In this document: positions 1 to 18,506 of the stretch, piece after piece
How the letters are laid out: every line of letters starts with the position of its first letter
Numbering within the stretch: position 1 is the stretch's first letter
The notes under the pieces: generated by a model
What the model was told of the DNA's origin: nothing
Databases searched by the model: none
Seen by the model: the letters and a program-made list of their open reading frames with translations, nothing else
Translations under genes and position numbers: made by a program
Origin: Paraspadella gotoi
Lineage: Eukaryota > Animalia > Chaetognatha
DNA length: 64,000 nucleotides
Direction: 5' to 3'
Assembly: GCA_051294375.1 (NCBI GenBank)
Contig: CM119266.1
Location: 7,898,606-7,962,605 of the forward strand

Positions 1-136
1 AAACTTGATTTGTAAAATTTGAATAGCTAAATGAGTAAATCGTCTTTCACAAAAGGCACTGTATTTATTATTATTGATTATGATTATGGATTCTATTTAA
101 ATTGAAACGAGATTGCGAACCTTAACAAAGCAGACG

Positions 137-264
137 CACTATAAGAGCTTAGTAGGGTCAATGACGGAAAATATCACAGGGCCTCGCTATTGAGCCAGAA
201 TGACTACACTATAAGAGCTTAGTAGGGTCAATGACGGAAAATATAACAGGGCCTCGCTATTGAG
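137..264. repeat. Tandem duplication, 70-bp period (~1.8 copies)
   Basis: cactataagagcttagtagggtcaatgacggaaaatat-acagggcctcgctattgag occurs at 137 and 207. Confidence 0.9.
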
Positions 265-284
265 TCTAAAAAATAAAATGATGT

Positions 285-2477
285 TCATTTGTTGGTAAAA
301 ACTTTCAAATCTTCCGCCATCTCTGGGTTCATGAGTTTCGCCTCTTCGTAGATGGAGGAGAAGAAGCGAGAGAGGGAAGAAGAGGAGGAGGAAGAAGCGG
401 AGGAGGAAGAGGAAGAGAAAGAGGAAAACTTATTAAAGACTTCTCCCGGAAGTGGATCGACGAAGCAGCACCGAAGAAAGAGGCAGATTTTTTTCATGGT
501 GCGGAAGGGATCGTGACTGCTAGCGCCGCCGTCGAACCAGAGCGGATCAGGAATTAACTTCTTGAACTGAAAATGATCGACACTGTGAACTATCGACGCC
601 ACGAAGAAAGATTCGGCGTCGACTCCGGAAAAATGACGCAGGAGTTGGTCGTTAGCGGCGTCGCCGGCGTCGTGCTCGCAGCGCCCTCTCTTCATCTCCT
701 CGAATCGGCACCGAAAAACTCGTCGCATTTTAACGACAAAATCGATCATCGCCGAATGACGCGTCAACTGCGTCAAGAGTTCGTGACGTGGAACTCGTGA
801 CGCGACGTTAGCGCCAATTTGTCTATCGACGTCGTTGCCGCCCATCGCCTCACGTATCGCCATCCCGCTTCCGGGAGGAAAAGAAAACTATATAGAGAAA
901 AATGATATTGTGAATAGCCTCTTTGAAGGTTTCTATATGACGCCCAGCCTTGTCAGAAGCTTAGTTTTCCGACCCATAATACCGACTATCCTCATATACA
1001 GCTCAGTACTTGTCCCATTAAACTGAGGAGATTTGTCGGTGGCGCCGACTAGGATCCACTTAACCAACCAGCCTCGTTGCCCGCTCATTGTCCGAAACCA
1101 TAAAACCGATCAGCCTCATAACCAGACCAGTATCCAAACCCATATTACTCACCAGCCTCGTGAGACGCAATACTCGAAAAAGAATCGGAAATCCTTCGAC
1201 GGCGAAAAAGTTGGACATGAATGCGGCGACGCGGAGGCGGCGGAAGAAGCCGCTGCTGCTGCTGCTGCTTGAGCTACTGCTTTGGCTGCAACTGCTGCAA
1301 CGGTTAGATCCTGAGGAGATAAGATTTGATTATGGCTTGTTGCCGGATAAAACGACTCATTAATAATGTCATTAATCGATAGCCTTCATAATTCATATAA
1401 TTCGTAAATAAAATTGTCGCTCAGTCCTTCGGTATGTCCGTCACAATGCGTACGTCCGTCAGTACGCCTTTACCGTCAGAGTTTTTATCGGCAGACCCGG
1501 CAGCGTCGTCAGCAGCGGCGTCAGCTGCGACGGCATCGTCCGCCATCTCCAAAGCTAAAGCGTGAATGTTGATGTGACCGGAAGTGAAGACGTAAAAGGT
1601 GACGACGACGAAAGCCTCTTCGGCAGAGAGACGCCGATTTCCTAACGTGGCCGAGAGAAATCTCGGCGCCGGACTCGAGACGCCGCCGGCGCCAGCGCCG
1701 CTGCTGACACAGTCTTCATCAACTTCGATAATTAAACTGAATTTTTTTCTCGAAACGCGAATGTTGTCGTCGTCGTCAATAACATATAACAAATCTTTGA
1801 CAAGAAACTCGACGACAATGCCGCTGCCGCTGCCGCTGCCGCCGCCGCCGCCGCCGCCGACTCTCGTCACGTTGACGGCGAAGTTCGTCTCGAGCGACAT
1901 CGCCGCGCAGATGGCGCCAAAATCGACAATAGGGGGTCTGGAAGGCGTGAGGTAGGACGGGGTTGGAGTAAAGGGAAAAAGGGAATATATATTTGCTCGT
2001 CGTAAACGATCATAATATCATTTACATATTATTGAGACTTAAAGATTTTTTTTTTTCACCGAAAAAAATATGAAAGATACACTACAACATTAAAATCGAT
2101 CGCGATATTCGAAAAGGGAATTTTATTTGGATCGTGCTTCGGTCGAATAAAAAAAAAACTTCTCTTAATATAATAAATATAAAAAATATTACATACCCAT
2201 TGTCGGAGCGTCTTTCTCTTCTCCTCAGCGTCAGTAAAGTCAGTCCGCGGACGCAACTGAAAATCGTCGCGAAGGAAAAGAGAGAAAAACCCCAAAGGAA
2301 ATCAAGCAAGGGAAGTGGGGCGTGGCTCGTCGGTTGGCGTCGAGATGACTCGCTCTCCCTCCTCGTCTCCCTCTCGCGATTTCTTTCTCCATTCCGACGC
2401 GAGTGACGACGCCACAGAATCGTCACCGTCGAAACGTAGATGGCGAAAGCGGAAAACAAAACCGAGACGACGCGCAT
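285..2477 (-). CDS. Uncharacterised 4-exon protein with N-terminal hydrophobic segments and two His-pair motifs (HINIH, HSVDH)
   Basis: Exons 2477-2197, 1937-1474, 1310-1153 and 887-285 join in frame through GT-AG introns (phases 2,1,0): MRVVSVLFSAFAIY...PPIVDFGAICAAMSLETNFAV...FTSGHINIHAL...FMSNFFAVEGFP...GVDAESFFVASIVHSVDH...KVFTNK*. Exons are GC-rich against AT-rich introns. Confidence 0.7.
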
Positions 2478-2786
2478 TTCCGCCTTTTTCTTTTTCTTTT
2501 TCTTTTTATCTACGTTTTTCACAAAACTGAGAAAAGGCAAAAGTCTTGGAGGTTTTGAGTTTTTGCTAATCGACAGGAGACAAAATGAGTTTTGAGAATC
2601 AATCAATTGTTGTCAAACTTTATTTGATCGACGCGGTTTTTAGAATAAAACCAGAATTCCTATCTGAGTTAAGACTAAACAAGTGCACCGACTTCATGGC
2701 GATAATTACTCAACTGTTTTTCAGCTGCGGTGACTGATCCAGTTTGTCGTTTGACGAACTAATTTCGACTATTCTCTGTCTCGTTC

Positions 2787-2841
<55 letters not shown>

Positions 2842-2963
2842 CTCGTCGTATCATTCATTCATTCATCCATTCATTCATCCATTCATTCTCTCTCGCAATC
2901 TCTCTGTGTCTCTCTCTGTGAAAGATATCTTGCCTCTTTTCTCTCATTCCCATTTTTTGACCG

Positions 2964-3096
2964 TTATTTTAACTTTGCTTTTAACCTCGATATCCGAGTG
3001 AGCTTGGTCCTTATTTTAACTTTGCTTTTAACCTCTATATCCGAGTTAGCTTGGTCCTTATTTTAACTTTGCTTTTAACCTCGATATCCGAGTGAG
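2964..3096. repeat. 47-bp tandem repeat x~3, downstream of the PI3K stop codon
   Basis: ttattttaactttgcttttaacctcgatatccgagtgagcttggtcc at 2964, 3011 and 3058. Confidence 0.9.
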
Positions 3097-3401
3097 GTTA
3101 ACGAGAGAAATCCTTCCCCCACCCGACTTTGATCTCGACCAGCTCCGCAGTTTCCATGCATGGCACCAAGTCAATGACCTGACCACAATCACAACACCAC
3201 AAGTGTCATCCAAGTTTATTAGCTATTCAAACACAGGATTACAAAATATTAATAATAATAACTTTCACGATTCCTCTCATTCTCTGTCTTTCACTCTTCT
3301 TTACATGTCTTCGCAATGTCACCCTGTCATCGTCTCCCTCATCCCGCTTACGTCTTTTCTTCTTCATGTCGCCGTCATGTCATTGTCATGTCACCGTCAT
3401 G

Positions 3402-10296
<6,895 letters not shown>

Positions 10297-10499
10297 GCTT
10301 CTCTGCTTCAGTTGTCGACGTCGTTGAGATGAATGCTGCGGCCGATGCCTTCGCGACTTCGGTTGCTCTAAGGTTAGACAGAGTCACTAGATTCACTTTA
10401 AATAATAAATATTTGTTAAATATTAAGTTTTTTTTTATCATCTGCAGTTGAATGCAGCGTTTTTTGCGGAAAATCTTCAGCTTGTTTACCTGACAACCG

Positions 10500-10831
10500 T
10501 GCTTGCTTCAGTCATGGGTTCTGCAAGCTGCTGCAATGTAACAATCGTAAAAGAAATTTTCACAATAAAAAAATGTAAAAAAAATATTAGCGCTCGGTGA
10601 ATGACTTTGTTATTGTTGTTATTGTTTGTGAGTTAAAAGAATCTCTCTTTGATCTAAATAGTAAATTGATTATTATCACTTCGTAAATTCCCGACCGAGT
10701 TCACACCGCAACGAAAAATGCCGGACATTGCCTAATCACGTCTCATTGGTGGATATTTCTGACATATTTCTTTTCCCCGATTCTGATTGGTCGAATCGCA
10801 TGATTCCCTTTTTATTTCCCTCGATTCGGCG
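10500..10831. promoter_or_regulatory. Probable bidirectional promoter between PI3K (-) and myosin light chain (+)
   Basis: Divergent starts ~535 bp apart. Two CCAAT boxes (ATTGG at 10745 and 10786). A PI3K 5'-UTR intron is suggested by a minus-strand CAG|GTAAAC donor (~10490) and a CTAAC..TTAG acceptor (~10368). Confidence 0.5.
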
Positions 10832-11788
10832 ATGAGGGCGACCGAGGAAACGACCGAAAAATTGAGCAAAAATGACCTCGAAGGCGCCAAGGATGCAGTC
10901 GGACTTCGTCACGAGTCGGTTCTTAGATTCTTAGATTCGTCGATGTGACAATTTTAGTTTTAAATTTTACTTTTTATGAAGTGAAAGAAAGAAATGGGAA
11001 TTTATTAGTATTGGGAGCAAAAATGGTAATGAAAATATTAAAAATTGAAAAAAAAAAATGTTTGTTCTAAAAATTCTTTTCTATGCATTTCACAGATTAT
11101 TCGTTCTCCTCTTTGAAAAATAAAAAAAATATCTATTACTAATAGATATTAGTTAATTACTAAATTAATTAATTTTTTTCAACAGAGAAACGAATTCCCT
11201 TCAACGAATTTCTTCCCGTCTACCAAGCACTAAGCAAGACCAAGCAAAGCATCGTCCCTGAGGACATCATCGAAGGATTAAAGGTGATTGCTTCAAAACC
11301 CAAATATTCAAATAGAAAACATGATTTCTACTTATCTATTTCATTTTGTTTGAGGGGAAAATACTTATAATAATCCCCTAGAATTACAGTGTTAATCGAG
11401 TTAATTATAGCGCAGGGACTGAAACAGTTCTCGCTCCCTCTAACCAGAACGACTATAAATTTTAGAATCTTTCAACATAATTACTACTCTGGCTGCGATT
11501 TACTCGTTTGACCTGACAACGCGTGTAGCATAAGAAGATAATGTTTTATATTAGATACTAGCTTTATTGGATAGTCGGTCGAGAAGTTATGCAAATTATT
11601 CCGTTGCAATACGAAAGTAAACCCACGATATGCGATACATAGAATTAGCATCCTTTCCAAAAAAATTGTTCTATCCGCTGGGATTTTTAAAGCTCGAATT
11701 ATCTAAACTTAACCTCCGCCGATTGTTTGGTTTCAAATCTGAAAGAAAAAAAATCTGTCGAAATCTTTTTTTTTTTTCGTGAAAACAT

Positions 11789-11887
<99 letters not shown>

Positions 11888-12973
11888 CCCCCCCTCTCTC
11901 GTCTTTCCGTCATTCCGTCATTCCGTTTTTGAGTTTGTGGATTTTTTTGGACGATGATAAATCACGGACTTTGTTTCGTCGTCGTCGTCGTCGTCGTCGT
12001 CGTGAGCTCATCAATTTCATAGTTAACATTCCCGGAAGATTAGCATTATCACGTTCGTACTAGGAAAAGCGTAAGAAATATTTTCGCTTTTCCCCCGATA
12101 TTATTAAAATTGTGATAATTACTATCATTATCCTGTTTATTCGTTTTGTTTTTCTCACTTTGATGGGTTTTTTTTTAATTTTTACGAATTTTAAAAAAAT
12201 TTTCCCTTTATCTTTTCAAAAAAAAAAAACATTTGTGGCCAAAATCCAATTTACATATTGATGAGCTATAATTTCCTTTTCATTTTAAACTTACGATTCC
12301 GTTCTTATTTTAAAAATCGATGAACTTTATTTTAAATAGATTAACAGAACATCGAGACGTCGTAAATTGTTTTTTTATTTCAGAACATGCCTACTATAAA
12401 ACGCTTTTTTTAAACGTAAAACTCAATCAAAGAGGGGAGCGTAAATCATCGATTTATTTTATTCATCCTCCTCTTAACGATAAAATGCGTGAAAAATTGG
12501 CCCCCGGTTTAATGAAAAGATTTTGAATCGGAGACTTTGAATGTCGGCGGACATTATGTATCTGTATAAGAGAAATTGAATAGTATGTTAATATATATAA
12601 AGTGTATATGCTGTGTATAATATACATATATATTGATAAAGGTTTTCGACAAGGAGGGGAACGGTTTGATCAACTCGGCCGAGTTGCGTCACATCCTGAC
12701 GTCTTTGGGCGAGAGGCTCAAGGACGATGAGGTGGAACATCTCTTCCAGGGCAACGAAGATCAACACGGAAACATTAACTACGAGGGTAAGGGAGTATTA
12801 TTAAATTAGGATTAATTATGTAGTAAGGCCTCGGATTTTCTGTACCAGTTTATTTTTTATTCATTGATCCTCATATTGTAAAATTTTTGACACATTTAAA
12901 ATTTTAAAAATTTTTCACAGTTGCTATTTTTTTTTAAATTTCAGAACTCGTTCGGACAGTTATGAGCGGTTAG
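10832..12973 (+). CDS. MYL6-like: Myosin essential light chain (EF-hand, MYL6/Mlc-c type); N-lobe exon not found
   Basis: Exons 11186-11283 ([18 protein letters not shown]...EDIIEGLK), 12642-12786 ([31 protein letters not shown]...GNINYE) and 12945-12973 (ELVRTVMSG*) have canonical splice sites. Putative first exon from ATG 10832 ([22 protein letters not shown]). AATAAA at ~13274. Confidence 0.85.
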
Positions 12974-14148
12974 TCCCGCCACCTCTTGGCGTTGGTTTTT
13001 CAATTTGACAAAGAAAACAAAAGGACCATCGATTTTATCGCGCAAACCGCCGCTGCTCCGAATATTCGTCGTAGTCACTATTGTTTGTTTTAGGAACATT
13101 TCGTTTGTTTTTTTCTTCTAAATTAACTAAAACTATCGACTGTCGGTTTTTTTTTTTAACTTGATTTACTTTCGTTGAAGTTGAACGCGATTTACTGTAG
13201 CCGAATCATTCCCGCTTTTTGAAACTTTTTTTTTCGCTCGAGGGCGAAAATGCCGCTTGTCACTTTATTGTCTAATAAATATTTCTTCTTTTAAAATAAG
13301 GCCTAATTGTTAAGTGTTTCACTTTAACGGTAATTTGAGTTAGAAATCCTCACATAATACATTTTGAAGAAACATTTTTTGGCAGTTTGTACCGAAAAAA
13401 AAAAAATGGAATCTTTATGAAGAAGAAGAAAGAAAAATGAAATTAATCTAACTTTTGATAATTCTTCTGCAAATTATCAACGACAGACCTTCGTTAAAAT
13501 AAAAACACTACATCATGATGAAAATTTTATAATCAACTTATTTATGTCGGGAACATTGAGACGAGGAAGGCAATTCAGATTTAGAACATAATTCGCGATA
13601 ACAAGATGCAACGCAACCTCAGTGGAGAAAGTGTTATTAAACTTGGATATTGAAAGAAAAAACTTGAGGGGGAAAAATAAAACATCAAAATGAAATCGCT
13701 GTGGATTAAAAGGAAATAAATACCAAAAATTAAGTCGCTGCTACGAGTGTCACAAATTCAATACATCGTCATAAAATCGCTTGTGAATAATGAGAGATGA
13801 ATTCTGTTATTAAAATCCTAACATTTAAAATTATATTTCATTCGTATCAAAAGAACGTCTTTTGTTTAAATACGAGAGAACGTCTATTTCGTGTCTTATT
13901 AAAAACTTTGATTTTCCTTCTTTTCTTAGAAGGAATTGGGCATAATTTAATTTTAAATTATTATAAATTAAACGTTTTCATAATTTATTCACCGACGCCG
14001 AATTGAAAAACCTGCAAGCGCCGATTTTTTATAAGCCTCTTTGAAAGACCGGCCGACACAATCAAGCTTCGACAGTCACAATCAAGCATTGGCCGACACA
14101 ATCAAGCACCGTCCGACACGACCAAGCGTCGGTAAACTCGTGTGGCTC

Positions 14149-15501
14149 CTAGAGGTACTTGGATCCGCCTGCCATGGAGGTGGCGTGGCGGTCGGCGCCT
14201 TTGGAGAGGGCGCCACTGACGAGAGACGTCGTCGCCTTCGACGCCTGATTGACGTCGTGGACTTCGCGACGTTTGCGCTCGAATTGGACCTGTGGGCAAG
14301 AAGTGTGGGGAGTGTGTTGGGGTTGTGGAGAGTGTTGAGAAGTGGTTGGAGGATAAGCGTGGTCATCGGTTTAAACTTTTTTTTTTTGCGCTTTAATTTA
14401 ATTCATTAAATTGTTAATTTCTATGCAAAAAGAAATCTTAATCGCTTCTAATTCAATTTCGTTTAATTTAATTTTAGATTTTAGTTCAATCTTAAATTCA
14501 GTATATATTTTAATATTAAAATGGTCTTCTTTCGAATCCCCTGTCGCCCCCCCCCCTCCTTCCCTCCCCATTCCCCCACCTGCTCCCTCAGCGTCTCAAT
14601 GAGCTTCTGCAACGTTGCAATCTCCCTCCTCAATTCGTCCTCAATGTCCGTGTTTCTGTTGCGGAAAGAATCGATTCTCTCTTCGAAGTCGAGTTTGAGT
14701 TTGTCGAAATTCTTTCGGTCCGCGTCGAGCCTCTTCTCCGCCTCCTGACGCTTGTTCTTCTCCTGTTACGGAAATGGGGAGTCGAAATTGAAAATTGGTT
14801 AAATTATAGTATCTACATAATCCCTTTACAATATCTTAGCTTAAGTATCTAGTTTAACTTAAGTATCTAGTTTAACTTAAGTATCTAGTTTAACTTAAGT
14901 ATCTAGTTTTTAACGCGAGTGAGAAAAATGCCCACTGATCGGTAATTAACTGTTCAGAGGTCAGCAGTTAAAATTCTTGGGAGTGTATGTAATATACATA
15001 CTATGTATGTATGACAAGAATATAATGAAAACTTTTCCATGTTAGATAGATACATTTATGAATGAAAAAAATCCTCCTAGTAAATATGAAAACTATTCAA
15101 CTTCCTTGTTATTCTCCAGTCTTTACAAACTTGTCAACAATTGAAAGAAGTTAGTTCTTTAAAATAATTAACATTACATATTTAATTTTTAAATATTCTT
15201 CATCCTAAATAGAAGCGTCCTTCTTCTCCCTAACTCACCCTTTCCCCACCCAACCCTCAACTTACCCTCTCCAACGACATGGTCATCTCGTGCTTCTCCT
15301 TCACCGCCAAAGCCAAATCCTTTTGGTCTCGATTCGCCGCGTTGAGTAATTTCTTTCTCTCCAAATCTAAATCTTCTTTTCCTATCGCAATTTCTTTGTT
15401 CAGCCTCATTCTCTCCGAGTCCAACTGTGTAATTTCACAATAGATATTTGATTAATTATTCAATCAATTAGGTATTTGCGCTGAGGATTTCGATGAACGC
15501 G

Positions 15502-15586
<85 letters not shown>

Positions 15587-15994
15587 TCCGTCGTCGGTAC
15601 GTCTGCTCTTTAAATTCCAGCTATCGGTTCTTCCCATTTTAAATTTAACCTTTAGTTCATGAAAGTTTTTATGGATATTTTCAAAATGTCAAAAATATTT
15701 TCATGGTCGTGCCTCTCCTTTGCCCAGGCTCTTGATTTTCTTTTTGCCCGACATTTATTTTCTCTTGAAAACTTATTCCAAGCAGAGATGTCCTTTTTGT
15801 CACTCAATCATCTTTGTCCCTTTATTTTAAATTTCATTCCTTTGCCCGACGTGTTTCTCCGCGTCACTTCCGGTTTCAGCTCCTCTGCCCGCCACGACGC
15901 TTTACGTTGTCCCTCTGCCCGAAATTCGTCCTTTTCACTAATCGATTTTCCTCAGTTTTTATTATCCTAAATTTTGGAGCCAATAACAAACGCT

Positions 15995-16092
<98 letters not shown>

Positions 16093-17497
16093 TGTCTTCC
16101 AATTCCGAGACGCGGAGTCTCTCTCTCTCCAACAAATCCTGGAGACGTAAGATGTCGCGACCGAAGGCCGTCTTCTCTCCCTCCAATTTCGTTTTGACTT
16201 CCTGAAACAAAAGAACATCCAAATTATATTCGGCACAAAAGACGAAAGAACGCAGTAGTTTGGACTTTCATGGTTAAATGCTTAGTTTTTAAAGCTAATC
16301 AAAACCGTTTAATTGGAATGAAGTATAAAATAGTAAAATGTTATATAAATTTCATATAAATGAAGTTTAAAATTGTAAAAGTTGTTGAGAAAAAGGAATT
16401 AGGTTTGGCAGAATTGAAATCTAATCTTGAAATGTTGAAAACTAAACTTCAAATTTTTAATATAAACTGGATGATACTCTCTTAAATTAAAATACAAAGA
16501 AATCAAAGCGGATTTATTTTTAATACATAAGGCTCATTGTGAAGTTTCGATGCCGCAAAAATGCAGCAAACATTGAAACTCAATAAACTTTTATTTCTTT
16601 CTCGATTTTTTCGTTTTCACTCAAAAAGATCACGTGACCCAAATCTCGATGGAAAACTCAATTCCGCTTTTGACTTCAATTTTCGAAAACAAAGGAGGTG
16701 TTTTGTTTCCCTTTGTTTTGTTTTGTTTCGCTTTGTTTTGTTTCGTTTCGCTTTGTTTCGGGGAGAAAATCGACAAAAACAAAAATCGAAGAGAAAGGGA
16801 AAAAATAATTAAATAGCTTTAATTTTTTCAATGTATAAAATTATTATATTTGTTTTTTTTTATCATTTATAATAATTTTCAAACTTAATGCATAGATTAT
16901 AAAAAAAAATGCCGGAAACAAAATTATTAGCTTTAATAACTTTAAAAAACTATAAATAAACATAGGAACAACTGATCCGTGAATTTATTTTCGGATTTTC
17001 AAAATTGAATAATCACCAAAAATAAATATTGAAAGAATTCCAGAATTTCAGATTTCCTTTAAAGAAATAAATTAAAAACGTGTGAGCGATATTCTCTTAA
17101 CTGTAAACAGGAATTAATTTTGTGGGTTTTTTTCGTTGTTAAATCCTCTTAGTCGCCATCTATCGGATCATTAAACTCTCTAGAACATATATAATTATAA
17201 AGTTTAGTGACTCCTATTTTCTTGCAGAGGGCAATGGAATTTATAGACTTAGTATAGATTTTCGAAAGGTAAAAAAAAATAAAAAATTCCCGCTGCCGGA
17301 GAATTCGATAAAATCTATTTATCGTCGAAAAAAAAAGTCTCGAAATATAAAAGAAAGAAAAAATGGAAAAAAAAAATTGAGAAGAATTGAAAAAAATAAA
17401 GGTTTGATTGAAAAGTAAGTTTGAAACAAAATAAGAAAACGGAAAAGAGATGGAAGAAATAAAGAAATGAAGTGGTAGCAAAGGTGAGAGAGAGAGA

Positions 17498-17577
<80 letters not shown>

Positions 17578-18352
17578 CCCTCCCCAAGCAACCCCGACCA
17601 CTCACGAAGGACTTGCTCCTCTCCGCAGCCAACGCGTCGTCCACCATTCTCATCTTCTTCTCCCACGAGGCAGCGTCGGTTCCCTGCAGCGCCTGCAGCG
17701 CCTTGACCTTACCCTGCTCGTTGTTCAGCTGCAGGGTAAGTGCCTCCTTTTCGCCTATCGGAGGAAGGAAAGAGGGAGGAGATGGAAGGAAGAAAGGAAA
17801 GGAGAAAGATAAGCAGAGAGAAGAGATCAGTAAGGAAAGTAGGGTTAGACAATAATAAAAAATAAGCACGTGGACAATTTTGCAGAAAACGGGACTTCAA
17901 TGATTTTTACGGCATCAAAGGCTTCAAATCACAACAGCAATGACTTCAGTGACAAAGCGAACTGCAACGACATCTCCAACATCAACGGCAAAAAAAAAAA
18001 GAATAACTCGGCTTCACCATCTACAACAGACGCCAACTACAGCAGTCAACAACAGCCAACTCCATCTCGCGGCTCACCTTCGAAAAGATCTCTGGCGGAG
18101 AGAGACTTGGCCTCCGCCTCCACTACTCTCGCGTTCCCATCCTCGACTTGTTTCTTGAGGAGACGAATCTTTTCGTCCGCTTCCATCGCCGCCAATTTCT
18201 GAGAAATGAGGAGGAGGTGGAGCTTCTTCTTTTTCCTTTCTCTCTCTCTCTCTCATTCTCTCTCTCTCTCGCTCTCCTCACTGACTGTCCGCCGCTTCTA
18301 AATTCCTTCTCCCTCTCTCTCTCTCACCGTCTGACTATCCCCGCCTCCAAAT

Positions 18353-18405
<53 letters not shown>

Positions 18406-18452
18406 GCCTGCTAATAATAGTCTAATAGTGACTATCCCCGCCTCCAATTTCC

Positions 18453-18506
<54 letters not shown>

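Noticed and set aside
3040-3180. Alternative PI3K last exon (RSLTWCHAWK...)
   Set aside because: 3612-3402 matches the conserved C-terminal helix far better.
2478-3401. Operon/trans-splicing between PI3K and the downstream same-strand gene (acceptor-like site ~50 nt before the ATG)
   Set aside because: An ordinary 5'-UTR intron explains it equally well, and there is no spliced-leader evidence in the window.
10465-10505. KIFSLF...DNR resembling the missing light-chain EF1 exon
   Set aside because: It has a stop/frameshift, lies upstream of the putative ATG exon, and coincides with a minus-strand PI3K UTR donor.
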